Source: Sedimentisphaerales bacterium (GTDB lineage: Bacteria; Planctomycetota; Phycisphaerae; Sedimentisphaerales; Anaerobacaceae). Taken from it: 64,000 nucleotides of DNA. Below, piece by piece: positions 1 to 10,985 of the stretch. Below the pieces are notes generated by a model. It searched no databases. It was not told the origin of the DNA and saw only the letters and a list, made by a program, of their open reading frames with translations. The translations under genes were made by a program, and so were the position numbers. The DNA is taken from contig OY970194.1 of the NCBI GenBank assembly GCA_963708075.1, positions 1,056,001 to 1,120,000 of the forward strand, given 5' to 3'. Within the stretch, counting starts at the first letter, position 1. Every line of letters starts with the position of its first letter.

Positions 1-2
1 AA

Positions 3-182
3 CTCGCTCTGTACTTCACGCTGAGCCAGCCAGTCACAGCGGCCATTCCGCCGGGCGAAGAATCGCTCTTTCGCATGGCAGTGGAACTGGCGATGGGCTT
101 TCGCCCGGTCTCGCAGCAGGAGAAGCAGACCCTGCAACAGATGGCTCAGGCTCTGAATCCCATCTTTGAACACAAGACATAG
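3..182 (+). CDS. 3' end of a probable aldo/keto reductase (runs off the window start)
   Basis: Frame 3 reads LALYFTLSQPVTAAIPPGEESLFRMAVELA...NPIFEHKT* (TAG 180-182), resembling aldo/keto reductase C-termini. Confidence 0.55.
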   Translation, partial: LALYFTLSQPVTAAIPPGEESLFRMAVELAMGFRPVSQQEKQTLQQMAQALNPIFEHKT

Positions 183-183
183 C

Positions 184-2346
184 TCATCGCACGATGCGGA
201 TAAGATGCCACGGCGTAGCCGGGTCACCTATTGGAATGCGATAGCCGTCCTGTGCCTTCTCTGCCCGGATCGGTTCCCCAATCGGCTTGGCGCCGCTATC
301 GAGAGGGACGGCTTCAATCTGTCTCGCTTGCTCGACCCCTCGCAGAACGACGAATCCCTTGACCGGCTCGATGACCGTCGGCTCGGTTCCCCAGTCCGTG
401 AGCGTCGTCCGTTTGTCGTTCCACTGCATGGCCGTGTTGGCCGAACGCGCGGTGGTCACGAGGAGCAGCCGATTCGCCTGCGCAATCGGTTTGTCTTCCA
501 GCGATGTCAAGAGGATGGAACAGAATTCATTTTCGACGGTGGCCGCAAGGTTCTTTAGCGGCTTGTCGGCTCGCTTGACGAATCCGATGACCGCCTGGGA
601 TCTATCCGTGTCGATAGTCACAAGTCCTTGCTTTGTCTGATCACGATGCCACGCAAGCTCGCGCGTGTCGGAAGTAATTGTGTCTATCGCGTCCGCGCTT
701 GGGTATGGCCCGCCGGATTCCCCAAAGCCCTGGATTCGCGTCGCATGTGTGAGGGCGAGGGCGGGGTTGAATCCGGGCGTGAAGAACGGTCGCTGCGAGG
801 AGGCCAGGCGGAGGCTCTCACGGATCTGCTCAGGTGAATAGGACCGGCGGACAGTCTCCTTCGCCTGCTGCACATCGGCTCGCAGGAAGATGCACGCACC
901 AGCGGCGATGTTCATCATCTTCACCGGGTCCGGCCGAATCTCGAAGTGGCTGGGCATCCGCGCGGTCCACTCGCGTGGCAGTTTGTGCTCGAACGTGTAG
1001 AGGAAGATGCCGTCCCAATCGTGGAACGCCGCATACGCGGCGAGAATGCCGATGCCCTCGCAGGCGTACTCGTTGGGGAACGGGTGGTTGATCTCCGACA
1101 CCGTGTAGGGCTTGCCCGCCATCGCCGACCGCGACAACTGCACGACTGTCGAGTTCAGCGGATCGTTCACCATCGGAGTATTGCCGATGGTGAAGCCCTG
1201 CCTTCGAGTTTTCGGGTCGGTCGTGTAGTTCGGGTGCTGCCAGTAGACGTGGCCGTCGATGATGTCACATTCGCTGGTCGAAGCCAGGAGCGGATAGCCG
1301 CTGTTGTAGTGATTGTGGTCGCTCGTGCCGGCGATGAGAGACTTCACGCCGAGTTCGTTCTTCAGGTAGTCGTACATGCCTTTGAAATACGCCTGTTCGA
1401 GATGCATGTAGAACGCCGCCTCGGTGTGAAAGCGTCTGGCGGGGGCGTCCTTGAACTGTGCCTTGATCAGACGCGGAATCGGCTCGCCCTCGGCCACGCC
1501 TGCAACTCGCCGCAGCTCGCGCAACTCCTCAGGGCTGAGCGTCTCCCGCAGCCACGCGTTGTACTTCTCCGTAAGCTCCTCCGCATACGGCGCCGTGATG
1601 TCGGTCCACGTGCCGGGGTTCTTCTGGGTATTCTTGCCGAGCAACCGGTCGCTGAACCACGCCTCGACAATCGAGTTCTCATTGACCAGTTCCACGGTAG
1701 CCACGGCCGGCTCATGGCGATACTCGTTGCCCGTGTACGGATTACGATGCGTCAGAAGCTGCTGAGCATATTCCTTGTGCAGCATTTGAATCTGCTCATC
1801 GAAGTAGTTCACGACCTTGGCAAAGCTGAGGTACTCGTAGTCCTTCACGCCGTCGCCTTTACGGAAGGTGCGTCCCACGTTGAGGTTCAGATTCGTGTAA
1901 ATGCCGCGTTTCTTCAACTCCGCGACAAAGTAATCGAGCGTGTCCAACTGGCTGGGATCGAGCGAGCGGGTATTGTCGCTGCCCCGCACAAACAGACTCG
2001 GCGACCAGTTCGAATCCAGGAAATGGAATCGTACGCAGTTGACCCCAAACCGTGCCAGATGCGTCGCGACAACCGGGGCATCCTCCCGCGATGGAAAGCA
2101 CGCCGCCCCCGTGACATTGACGCCCCAAATCCTGAACCGCTTCCCATCCGGCGTCACCATGTGTCCATCCTTGATCCCGATGGCCCCATTCTTGCCGGCC
2201 GGCGGATCAAGAAACGACGACAGATCGACCAGGGGCGAGGAATTGTCCCGCCAGTCCATAACAAACGGCCGCATCTCGCCCTCAGCAAGAGCAACACACG
2301 GCATCACCGAGACGAGAACCAACGATATCCACCGCAGACACATCAT
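184..2346 (-). CDS. Secreted clan GH-A glycoside hydrolase (GH5/GH148-like)
   Basis: AAGGAG RBS before ATG at 2346; signal peptide; WGVN, VRFHFLD, ELVNENS (acid/base), DGHVYWQHP, VSEINHP (nucleophile). Confidence 0.75.
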   Translation of the reverse strand: MMCLRWISLVLVSVMPCVALAEGEMRPFVMDWRDNSSPLVDLSSFLDPPAGKNGAIGIKDGHMVTPDGKRFRIWGVNVTGAACFPSREDAPVVATHLARFGVNCVRFHFLDSNWSPSLFVRGSDNTRSLDPSQLDTLDYFVAELKKRGIYTNLNLNVGRTFRKGDGVKDYEYLSFAKVVNYFDEQIQMLHKEYAQQLLTHRNPYTGNEYRHEPAVATVELVNENSIVEAWFSDRLLGKNTQKNPGTWTDITAPYAEELTEKYNAWLRETLSPEELRELRRVAGVAEGEPIPRLIKAQFKDAPARRFHTEAAFYMHLEQAYFKGMYDYLKNELGVKSLIAGTSDHNHYNSGYPLLASTSECDIIDGHVYWQHPNYTTDPKTRRQGFTIGNTPMVNDPLNSTVVQLSRSAMAGKPYTVSEINHPFPNEYACEGIGILAAYAAFHDWDGIFLYTFEHKLPREWTARMPSHFEIRPDPVKMMNIAAGACIFLRADVQQAKETVRRSYSPEQIRESLRLASSQRPFFTPGFNPALALTHATRIQGFGESGGPYPSADAIDTITSDTRELAWHRDQTKQGLVTIDTDRSQAVIGFVKRADKPLKNLAATVENEFCSILLTSLEDKPIAQANRLLLVTTARSANTAMQWNDKRTTLTDWGTEPTVIEPVKGFVVLRGVEQARQIEAVPLDSGAKPIGEPIRAEKAQDGYRIPIGDPATPWHLIRIVR

Positions 2347-2551
2347 CACAATTCTCCTTATTGAACCCAAACCCATAGCATACTTGAACCGGCCGCGGCC
2401 GGATAGTGTCAACCACTCGTCTTTACCGCCCCTATTGATTGCCTGATGTTGCCGGGTATAATCGCGGCGACAACTGATGGAAAGTCAGATGTGGCGAGTG
2501 CCCACGATACATGATTCGGGAAGGACAGCCGCGACGCAGGAATTTGACGGG

Positions 2552-3277
2552 ATGACAAACCGGCGAAAGATATTGCGGTGCCTGTGGATATGCTGGACGC
2601 TGGTCATAGGATCGTGCTTGTCCGGATGCGCGTCTAACGGCAAGGCGACGCCCGTCCCGCCACCGTGGCAGCCGGCGCCTGAGGCGGTGGCGTATCCACG
2701 CGGGCTGCCACAGATTGGCAAGTGGATGTTCGATGCACAATATGAGCCGGCACACTGGCTGGGCGAACTGTATCGGGGCAAGCGTCTAAGGGAGCCGATC
2801 AATGTCATCATCATGGACACGACGGCGGGGTCGGCTGACGAGGCGCGGAAACGCTTGCTGCAAAACTTCGCCGCGGCCGGCTACCTCGTCCGAGAGCGGC
2901 ATTCGACAGGATATCTCGCCTATATCGATGGGGTCGTTTACGAGCAAATTCCAGATGGCAAGAAGCAGGCGTTTTCGAATGAACCCTTTGAAACGGACAA
3001 CAATCACGGGCGGATGTTCGGGCCGCATCCTTACCGCGGCGCGTGGCTTTTCATCGGGGCATTCAGTCGTGAACGCATGGACCTGCTGGAGAAGGTGAAG
3101 CACTGCTACGCGTCATTCAATCAGGCGCGTGACGATCTATCGCAGCGTCTGGATATGAAGACAGACTACAAGATCAAAGCCTTCTTAGATCTGGACAACG
3201 TCTTAATCGGCGACCCGACGTTCACGGCAGGCGACCACGATGGGGTCGCCGTGTTATTGACCACCTCCGAACCCTGA
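2552..3277 (+). CDS. Hypothetical lipoprotein
   Basis: Basic N-terminus, hydrophobic stretch and lipobox-like LSGC; long non-overlapping ORF. Confidence 0.65.
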   Translation: MTNRRKILRCLWICWTLVIGSCLSGCASNGKATPVPPPWQPAPEAVAYPRGLPQIGKWMFDAQYEPAHWLGELYRGKRLREPINVIIMDTTAGSADEARKRLLQNFAAAGYLVRERHSTGYLAYIDGVVYEQIPDGKKQAFSNEPFETDNNHGRMFGPHPYRGAWLFIGAFSRERMDLLEKVKHCYASFNQARDDLSQRLDMKTDYKIKAFLDLDNVLIGDPTFTAGDHDGVAVLLTTSEP

Positions 3278-3493
3278 CGGGCAGCTCCGGCCGGGCTGGA
3301 CGCCGGACGCGGATTCGTTGCCAACCCTCTTGAGCGGTCCGACAGACCGTGTTACCATGGCCTTCGTAAGCAAGGGCGACTAAGTTGCTGGGAATGCATG
3401 GGACATCCGATTCAGAGAGAACGCTCGCGAGACAGCCGGTTGTGAAGCCGGCGGACGCACGGCCCGCGTATGGCGCGATCCGGAGAGACACAC

Positions 3494-4060
3494 GTGAGTA
3501 GAGGAATTCTACGAAGCGCAGTCGCTATCGCGTCGGGGTGGATCGTCGTGACTGGCGGTTACATCCTGACAGTGATCGTATTCGCCCTGTTCAACGCGGA
3601 AGGCTTCACGCCCGGAGCGCCACTTTCCGCGGGGTGGCTCCTTTTCACGCTGGCAGTATCTGCAGTCTGGTCCATAGCCGCCGGATTTGTGACGGGGGTC
3701 GTTGCTCGACGAAGAGAGGTCGAGCATGCGATTGGACTTGCGCTTCTCACGCTGGTGGTCTCTGTATACTTCGTGAGCAGGAACAGGAATCTTGGACAAG
3801 TCCCCACTTGGTATATGATAGCAGGAGAGGCGGTGACGGCCCTTGCGATTCTCGTCGGAGGATGGTTGCGAAGGGGCCAGCGGATTCTGCTTGGCAAGGT
3901 ACCCGAGGGCATGGCTGGGAAGGTGGATGACGCGCGTTTGTCGATCGCAACAACAGTTGACCATTGGCGGTTCTGGATAGCGGCGGTTGTTACGTTCATC
4001 ACATTTCTTGCTTCCTTCTGGGCATTGGTGTTAGGAGCGGGGGAGGGTGTATTCTGGTGA
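3494..4060 (+). CDS. Hypothetical membrane protein
   Basis: About 5 hydrophobic segments; GGAG before GTG at 3494. Confidence 0.6.
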   Translation: MSRGILRSAVAIASGWIVVTGGYILTVIVFALFNAEGFTPGAPLSAGWLLFTLAVSAVWSIAAGFVTGVVARRREVEHAIGLALLTLVVSVYFVSRNRNLGQVPTWYMIAGEAVTALAILVGGWLRRGQRILLGKVPEGMAGKVDDARLSIATTVDHWRFWIAAVVTFITFLASFWALVLGAGEGVFW

Positions 4061-4210
4061 CGCTGCTCTCTCGATCTACACGTTTGAAGTCACGCTGAAA
4101 CCGGGGATCAGAAGCAGGGGCGTTGGGGGGGGATATGATCGCCGTTGACAGAATCGGTGTTCGCTGCTACCGTTTGGGTCGGTACTGAGTGACCATAAGG
4201 AGATACAGAT

Positions 4211-5374
4211 ATGACGGATATTCGCACGGCTGTCGTAGGAGCTGGGTTTATTGGGCCGGTGCATGTGGAAGGGCTGAAGCGGGCGGGAGTGGAGGTCGCC
4301 GGGATTCTGGGGGTGTCGGACGAGGAGTCGCAGCGGGCGGCGAAAACGCTGGGATTGCCCAAGGCCTACGGGAGCTTCGAAGAGATATTAGCCGACACGG
4401 GCGTGCAGGTGGTGCATATTGCCACGCCGAACCGGCTGCATTACCCGATGGCCAAGGCGGCGCTGAATGCGGGCAAGCACGTGCTGTGCGAGAAGCCGCT
4501 GGCGATGAACTCGCGTGAATCGGCCGAGCTTGTCAAACTGGCCGGACGCACGGGCCTTGTGGCGGGGGTGAACTACAATATCCGGTATTATCCGCTCAAT
4601 ATCGAGGCGGCCGACATGATGCAGCGGGGCGACCTCGGGCGCATCTACTCCGTCTGCGGCAGCTACGTGCAGGACTGGCTGTTCCGCCCGACCGACTACA
4701 ACTGGCGGGTGCTTGCCGAGGAGGGCGGTGAGCTGCGGGCCGTCGCCGATATCGGGACGCACTGGCTGGACCTGGTGCACGCGATCACCGGGTTGGAGGT
4801 GGAGGCCGTCTGTGCCGATTTGTCCACCGTCCATCCCGTGCGGCAGAGGCCGCTGGGGGAGGTGGAGACTTTCAAGGGCAAGCAGCAGAAGAAGCGCGTC
4901 CGGACGGAGCCCATCAACATCGCTACGGAAGACTACGGTTGCATCCTGCTTCGCTTTGAGGGCGGGGCCAGGGGCTGCCTGTGGGTGTCACAGGTGACGG
5001 CGGGGCGGAAGAACTGCCTGCGGTACGAGATCGCCGGCTCCGAGCAGGCCCTGGCCTGGTGCAGCGAGCAGCCGAACGAGATGTGGATCGGCCATCGCGA
5101 CAAGCCCAACGAGAGCCTGATCCGCGATCCGGCGTTGGTGTCGGATCGGGCCCGGCGGTTCATCAATTATCCCGGCGGGCATAACGAAGGCTTCCCGGAC
5201 ACGTTCAAGCAGTGCTTCCGGGCGTTCTATGACTATATCAGGGCGGGGGACTTCTCGGCGGCGCCGACGTTCCCCACCTTTGCGGACGGCCACCGCGAGA
5301 TTTTGCTCTGCGAGGCCATCCTGAAGAGCCATCGCCAGGGGAAATGGGTAGCCGTGAAAGGAGGACGTTCATGA
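4211..5374 (+). CDS. Gfo/Idh/MocA family oxidoreductase
   Basis: VVGAGFIG Rossmann motif, [23 protein letters not shown]. Confidence 0.92.
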   Translation: MTDIRTAVVGAGFIGPVHVEGLKRAGVEVAGILGVSDEESQRAAKTLGLPKAYGSFEEILADTGVQVVHIATPNRLHYPMAKAALNAGKHVLCEKPLAMNSRESAELVKLAGRTGLVAGVNYNIRYYPLNIEAADMMQRGDLGRIYSVCGSYVQDWLFRPTDYNWRVLAEEGGELRAVADIGTHWLDLVHAITGLEVEAVCADLSTVHPVRQRPLGEVETFKGKQQKKRVRTEPINIATEDYGCILLRFEGGARGCLWVSQVTAGRKNCLRYEIAGSEQALAWCSEQPNEMWIGHRDKPNESLIRDPALVSDRARRFINYPGGHNEGFPDTFKQCFRAFYDYIRAGDFSAAPTFPTFADGHREILLCEAILKSHRQGKWVAVKGGRS

Positions 5375-6285
5375 AGCTCGGATTCGTCAGTGCGATTCTG
5401 CCGGACTTGTCGCTGAAAGAAGTGGTCGAGTTCGCCTTCGAGGCGGGCTACTCGTGCGTGGAGCTGATGTGCTGGCCGAAGGGCAAGGCGGAGCGACGAT
5501 ATGCCGGCGTGACGCATCTCGACGTCACGGACTTTGGGCCCAGGGAAGCCGACGAGGTGCGTAAGCTCCTTGCGAGTTCCGGCGTGACGATCAGCTCGCT
5601 CGGATACTACCCGAATTACCTGAGTCCCGACCGGGACGAAGCGAAGCAGGTGCTGGCCCATTTCAAGAGGGTGATCCGGGCGTCGGCCCTGCTCGGCGTG
5701 GGACAAGTCACCACCTTCATTGGCCGGGACTGGACCAAGTCCGTCGAGGAGAACTGGGCGAGGTTCCAGAAGGTCTGGCCGCCATTGGTCGAGTTCGCCG
5801 AGGACCGCAACGTGCGGATCGGCATTGAGAACTGCCCGATGCTGTTCTCCAACGACGAATGGCCGGGCGGCAAGAACCTGGCGCACAGCCCGAAGATCTG
5901 GCGGCGGATGTTCGAGGAAATCCAGTCCAAGTACTTCGGGCTCAACTACGACCCCTCGCACATGGTCTGGCAGCACATGGACTACATCAAGCCGCTGTGG
6001 GAGTTCCGGGACCGCATCCACCACGTCCACGCCAAGGATGTGCGTCTCGATCGCCAGCGGCTCGACGACGTCGGCATCCTCGCCACGCCCCTGCAGTACC
6101 ACACGCCGAAGCTGCCCGGGCTCGGTGAGGTCAACTGGGGCCGCTTCTGCTCGGTATTGGGCGACATTGGCTACAAAGGGCCGGTCTGCGTGGAGGTGGA
6201 GGACCGGGCGTACGAGGGTTCTCTGACCACTCGCAAGGCCGCGTTGCAGCAGAGTGCTCGATTCCTGCTTCAGTACATGCCGTAA
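5371..6285 (+). CDS. Sugar phosphate isomerase/epimerase (xylose isomerase-like TIM barrel)
   Basis: [29 protein letters not shown] overlap with the upstream gene. Confidence 0.9.
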   Translation: MKLGFVSAILPDLSLKEVVEFAFEAGYSCVELMCWPKGKAERRYAGVTHLDVTDFGPREADEVRKLLASSGVTISSLGYYPNYLSPDRDEAKQVLAHFKRVIRASALLGVGQVTTFIGRDWTKSVEENWARFQKVWPPLVEFAEDRNVRIGIENCPMLFSNDEWPGGKNLAHSPKIWRRMFEEIQSKYFGLNYDPSHMVWQHMDYIKPLWEFRDRIHHVHAKDVRLDRQRLDDVGILATPLQYHTPKLPGLGEVNWGRFCSVLGDIGYKGPVCVEVEDRAYEGSLTTRKAALQQSARFLLQYMP

Positions 6286-6298
6286 ACGGGAGGGCCGT

Positions 6299-8470
6299 AT
6301 GAAGACTTCACAGCGGTGGATTCTCACCTGTTTCGTCGGCGCATTCATGGGCGCCTCACTTGTGGCTGCGGCGGAGCTGCCTGGCACCGGCGCCGATGTC
6401 GGCAAAACCGTGGTCTATCGCGACACTTGGGGTGTTCCGCATATCTATGCACCTACGGCCGAAGCGGGTCTCTATGCGATGGGGTGGGCACAGGCCCAGG
6501 ATCGGCCCGAGGAGCTTCTGAAGAACTACATGCGGGCGATGGGCGAGAGCGCGAAGTTCGACGGCCCCGCGGGCGTTGAATCCGATATGGTTTCGCTCCT
6601 GTGGGACAATTACGGCACGAGCAAGCGGAACTTCGACAGAATTCGGCCGGAGATTCAGGAGCAGGTGCGGGCGTACGTAAGAGGCGTCAACGATTTCTAC
6701 GCCGTTCACACGCGTGATATTCCCGTCTGGTGGGGCGACCGCAAGGTGGACGAGTACATGGTAGTGGCGTTCTTCCGTCTCTTCCTGTACGGCTGGTCCG
6801 TGGGGCAGGTCTTCGATGACCTGCAGGCCGGAGGCGTACAGCCGGGCTTTGATGAAGTGTCCCGGGGATCGAACCAGTGGTCGGTTTCGCCCGGGCGGAG
6901 CGCCGAAGGAGCCGCCATCCTTTGCATCGATCCTCATCTGTCCTGGTGGGGCCCATCGCGGTTCTGGGAGTTCCGTATCCATGCGGGTGTGCTGCAAGGC
7001 AGTGGATTCACGTTGCCCGGTTGTCCCTACATCGGCCTTGGGCACAACGCGAACGTCGCCTGGGCGATGACCACGGGCGGGCCCGACACTGCCGATGTGT
7101 ACGAGCTGACGCTCAAGGACGACGATCCCACGAAGTACCTGTTTGACGGGCAATGGCGGACGTTGAGCCGTCGGGAAGCGACCCTGGAGGTGAAGGGGGC
7201 GCCGCCGCAGAAGATCACCATTTGGTCTTCGCACCACGGCCCAATCGTGGCGATGCGCAAGGGCAAAGCCTATGCCGCAAAGATGGCGTATGCCGAGGAA
7301 GTGCAGCTTGCGGAGGCCTGGTACGAGCTCAATACGGCGAAAGACTACTCCGGGGCCGTGCAGGCGATGAGCATGCGGCAGCTCTTCCCGCAGAATGTTA
7401 TGGTCGCCGATACCTCGGGCAATATCTATTATCAGCGGACCGGACGAGTGCCTCGCCGGCCTTCGGGGTATGACTGGTCGAGGCCCGTCGATGGCTCCAC
7501 GTCGGCCACGGAATGGCAGGGACTGCATCCCGCCTCGGACCATCTGCAGGTACTGAATCCTCCGCAGGGCTACATGCAGAACTGCAACATCTCGCCGGAC
7601 GTCATGATGGTGGACAGCCCGTTCTCGTCGGACAAGACGGTGTCGTATCTCTACGGCTCGTCCGCCGGCGCGACAAATCAGCGCGGGTCTCGCGCCGTGC
7701 AGCTTCTCCAGGCGGACGCCTCCGTCACTATCGAAGAGGCCCAGGCCTATGCCACCGATGTCCATCCGTATGGCGTCGAGCGATGGCTGGAGGTGCTCAG
7801 GCGTGCCGATGCGGCATTTGGCTCGTCGCACCAGTCCGATGCGGACTATACTGCAGGAGTCAAGGAACTACTCTCCTGGGACGGGGAGCTTCGCCACGAC
7901 TCCAAAGCCGCATTGAAGTACTATTATTGGCGCAGACAACTCGTCGCGGATCATGGAGCCGAGGCGGTATCGGACGCGGCTCGTCGTATCGATTGTTATC
8001 TGGCTGCATTGGGCAAGCCCGCGCCGCAAATTGATCTCAGCGATGAGGAACTTCAGGCGGCGGCCGACTCATTTGCTAATGCGATAGCCAGGCTCAAGGC
8101 GGATCGCGGCTCGCTCGATGCCGCCTATGGCGACATGTTCCGGGTGGGGCGCGATGATGTCTCGTGGCCTTTGGGGGGAGGCGGAGACTACGGGACGACG
8201 ACTCTTCGCAATATCGGTTACGGACGCGAGCGCAGCGACCATATGCGCTGGGGGGATCACGGCCAGACCTCGACGCAAATCATTGTACTGAGCAAGCCCG
8301 TGCGAAGCTGGACCTACGTGCCCATCGCACAGAGCGACCGTCCGAGCTCGCCTCACTACCGCGACCAGGCCGAGAAGCTCTTCAGTCCCTGCAAGCTGAA
8401 GCCCACGTGGTGGCAGCCGGAGGACCTTGTGGAACATATCGAATCCCGAACCGTTGTTGGGGAACGCTGA
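6299..8470 (+). CDS. Penicillin acylase family Ntn-hydrolase (S45)
   Basis: Signal peptide; RDTWGVPHIYA, GWAQAQDR, GSNQW autocleavage site, DPHLSW, HHGP. Confidence 0.92.
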   Translation: MKTSQRWILTCFVGAFMGASLVAAAELPGTGADVGKTVVYRDTWGVPHIYAPTAEAGLYAMGWAQAQDRPEELLKNYMRAMGESAKFDGPAGVESDMVSLLWDNYGTSKRNFDRIRPEIQEQVRAYVRGVNDFYAVHTRDIPVWWGDRKVDEYMVVAFFRLFLYGWSVGQVFDDLQAGGVQPGFDEVSRGSNQWSVSPGRSAEGAAILCIDPHLSWWGPSRFWEFRIHAGVLQGSGFTLPGCPYIGLGHNANVAWAMTTGGPDTADVYELTLKDDDPTKYLFDGQWRTLSRREATLEVKGAPPQKITIWSSHHGPIVAMRKGKAYAAKMAYAEEVQLAEAWYELNTAKDYSGAVQAMSMRQLFPQNVMVADTSGNIYYQRTGRVPRRPSGYDWSRPVDGSTSATEWQGLHPASDHLQVLNPPQGYMQNCNISPDVMMVDSPFSSDKTVSYLYGSSAGATNQRGSRAVQLLQADASVTIEEAQAYATDVHPYGVERWLEVLRRADAAFGSSHQSDADYTAGVKELLSWDGELRHDSKAALKYYYWRRQLVADHGAEAVSDAARRIDCYLAALGKPAPQIDLSDEELQAAADSFANAIARLKADRGSLDAAYGDMFRVGRDDVSWPLGGGGDYGTTTLRNIGYGRERSDHMRWGDHGQTSTQIIVLSKPVRSWTYVPIAQSDRPSSPHYRDQAEKLFSPCKLKPTWWQPEDLVEHIESRTVVGER

Positions 8471-8487
8471 CAGACTAGGAGTAAGCG

Positions 8488-9174
8488 ATGGATTACACGT
8501 ACCTGGATATTGCCAAGATGATCGATCACTCCCTGCTGAATCCGACGTTGACCGTGCCGGAGCTTGAAGCAGGTTGCAAGCTGGCGCTCGAATATGACAC
8601 CGGCAGCGTTTGCATCATGCCCTACTATCTCAAGAGGTGTGCCGAGATCCTCAAGGGCAGCACGGTAAACGCGAGCACGACAATCGGCTTTCCGCACGGC
8701 GGGCACACGACGGCCATCAAGGTGGCGGAGGCGGAGCAGGCCCTCGCCGACGGCGGGCAGGAACTGGACATGGTGGTCAACATCAGCAAGGCCCTCAGCG
8801 GTGACTGGGAGTACGTCCGCCGGGATATCGGCGCCGTGATCGACGTGACGCACAAGCGAGGCCAGAAGGTCAAGGTGATCTTCGAGAACTGCTACCTGAA
8901 TAACGACCAGAAGATCAAGCTGTGCGAGATCTGCGGAAAGCTCGGGGCCGACTGGGTCAAGACATCCACCGGGTACGGAACCGGCGGCGCGACCATCGAG
9001 GACCTCAAATTGATGCGCCAACATTCGCCCAAGCACGTGCAGGTGAAGGCGGCGGGCGGTGTTCGCGACCTCGATAAGCTCCTGGAGGTCCGCGCCATCG
9101 GCGTCACGCGCGTCGGCGCCACTCGCACAGCGGACATGCTCAACGAGTGCAAGCGACGGCTGGGAATGCTGTGA
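8488..9174 (+). CDS. deoC: Deoxyribose-phosphate aldolase
   Basis: IDHSLL, GFPHG, ELDMVVN, KVIFE, VKTSTG, VKAAGGVR. Confidence 0.93.
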   Translation: MDYTYLDIAKMIDHSLLNPTLTVPELEAGCKLALEYDTGSVCIMPYYLKRCAEILKGSTVNASTTIGFPHGGHTTAIKVAEAEQALADGGQELDMVVNISKALSGDWEYVRRDIGAVIDVTHKRGQKVKVIFENCYLNNDQKIKLCEICGKLGADWVKTSTGYGTGGATIEDLKLMRQHSPKHVQVKAAGGVRDLDKLLEVRAIGVTRVGATRTADMLNECKRRLGML

Positions 9175-9219
9175 GGTAGGAACCGCCTCCGACAGGACTC
9201 GCGTCGGCGGATCGTGCGG

Positions 9220-9729
9220 TTACAGGGTATCGACTGGTTCCTGGCGTTCGGTGACTGTGACGCCGTTTTGCTGGTCGAAGCTCCAGACGCTGGTCACGCC
9301 GTTGCCCTCATCGACGACGCAGACCTTCTGCGGGACGAATTTTCCGCCGTTCCAGACCCATCGGACGGTGACTTCACCGTACATGAGGTCCTTGTACTTC
9401 GGATTGCCGCAGTTCCTCGCATCGACGATGCCCACGCGTTTGGTTCGCGGCTGCACATCCACAGGCGGCATCTCGTCGAGCCCGGCTGCCTCGGCGCTGG
9501 CCCGCATCGCGGCTTGTACCGCGTCCGCAATGGCAGGGGCGGGCATTTCCGCGTTTCCGGTAGTGACTTCCGCATTTCCGGACCTTGGCGGCTTGCTGTA
9601 GAGCATCAGCACGAGCAACACCGCTGCCACGACGACGAGCTCAAGTCTCGTGCTGTTGGAAAGCATCGCGGAGATTCTGCTCTCACCCTGTCCTGTGCTC
9701 TGATCTGTTTTCGGTGCCTGTGTTTTCAT
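9220..9729 (-). CDS. Hypothetical single-pass membrane protein
   Basis: One hydrophobic segment then a soluble domain with two Cys; start placed at MKTQAP. Confidence 0.55.
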   Translation of the reverse strand: MKTQAPKTDQSTGQGESRISAMLSNSTRLELVVVAAVLLVLMLYSKPPRSGNAEVTTGNAEMPAPAIADAVQAAMRASAEAAGLDEMPPVDVQPRTKRVGIVDARNCGNPKYKDLMYGEVTVRWVWNGGKFVPQKVCVVDEGNGVTSVWSFDQQNGVTVTERQEPVDTL

Positions 9730-9911
9730 AACAAGTCCGGATCGCTGACTGCTCGTTTCCAAATATCGGCTGATTTCCGCCTCAGATAAAATATAATCTA
9801 TGTTTGACGTTACCCCAAAAACCGTACCGAAGCCCGGTTGAGAGAAGGAGTGAAATAGGCGTTCAGACCCGAAAAAAGAGGCGTTGGTGGCTTGTTCGTG
9901 CGGGCGCGGGA

Positions 9912-10850
9912 TTATCGGCGCTCTTCGGGCGCAGGTTCTCCCGGCGTTCCTTTGCTTGTGCGGGCGAAGTAGTACAAAGGCGGGTGGACCCCCTCGCTGA
10001 TGGTGAAGTAGCCTCGTCCTTTGCTGTCGAAGCAGATAGCCTCGCCCTGGGGCTCGTGCGCCAGGGGCAGACGGGTCTGTTTTCCGGAAAACGCATGCCA
10101 TAGCGGCTCGCCCGCGGGACGCGGCCACAGGGAGGCGTTGAACATGCCCCTGACGATCACCTCGCGGCCGTCGGGCGAGACGTCGCCGGCGACCGCGAAT
10201 CCCCACGGCAACACGGTCACGGCCTCCATCCGGGTCCGCCCGACCAGAGATTGCGGGAAGCCGGCCCGGTACACCTTCGAGAACAGCTCCCGTTTGGCGA
10301 CGATGTAGATGTCGCGTGTCAGCGGATCGACGAGCAGCGTCTCGGCATCCCGCGGGCCGTCCGGGTAAGCAAGGCGGATGATCTCCGCCGGGCCGATCGT
10401 CATCGTCCCAAAAGCCGTGGCGGCGTCCACGTTGGGTTCGGCCACCCGATACACTTTGACCTCCGGGTACTTCGCCTGGTTGTCGCCGATATCGCCGATG
10501 TAGAGATACTGCCGGTTGGGATCAGGCCCGGGACCGACGGCGATGTCCTCCCAGTCGCGTGTCGTGGCCCCCCGGATCGTGCACACGCCGAGCAGGTCGC
10601 CCTTCGTATCGATGGCAAAGACCTTTGCGCCACTGCCTGAGTCGTTGTGCACCCAGAGCACGCCGGGATTCTGCCGGCTGGCCACGAGGCCCGAAGCTTC
10701 GCGAATCAGCTCGCTCCTGACGACCCCCGCCGGCTGACCCGCCAGGAACTCGTCGGACGACCCCGCCAGGGCGCACGAGGAACTCAGCAGCATCAGCGGC
10801 GCGATGACATTGACGAGAATGTACACGTGATGAATCATCCCGTGCGACAT
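9912..10850 (-). CDS. Secreted uncharacterised beta-propeller-like protein
   Basis: EASGL, HNDSG, DWEDIA, IGDIGDN, DAETL, QGEAI motifs of a widespread uncharacterised family; signal peptide. Confidence 0.75.
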   Translation of the reverse strand: MSHGMIHHVYILVNVIAPLMLLSSSCALAGSSDEFLAGQPAGVVRSELIREASGLVASRQNPGVLWVHNDSGSGAKVFAIDTKGDLLGVCTIRGATTRDWEDIAVGPGPDPNRQYLYIGDIGDNQAKYPEVKVYRVAEPNVDAATAFGTMTIGPAEIIRLAYPDGPRDAETLLVDPLTRDIYIVAKRELFSKVYRAGFPQSLVGRTRMEAVTVLPWGFAVAGDVSPDGREVIVRGMFNASLWPRPAGEPLWHAFSGKQTRLPLAHEPQGEAICFDSKGRGYFTISEGVHPPLYYFARTSKGTPGEPAPEERR

Positions 10851-10985
10851 TCTATCGCCTTTCAGGTGTCGAAGCAATGGCTATGGCTCGGCCGCTTCGG
10901 CGCACCATAACCTTCTTTCGGACGAGCGATTCCTGTGGTATGATCGCAGCAACGTCCTTTGTGGGCGCAACGGGAGGTTTGAATC

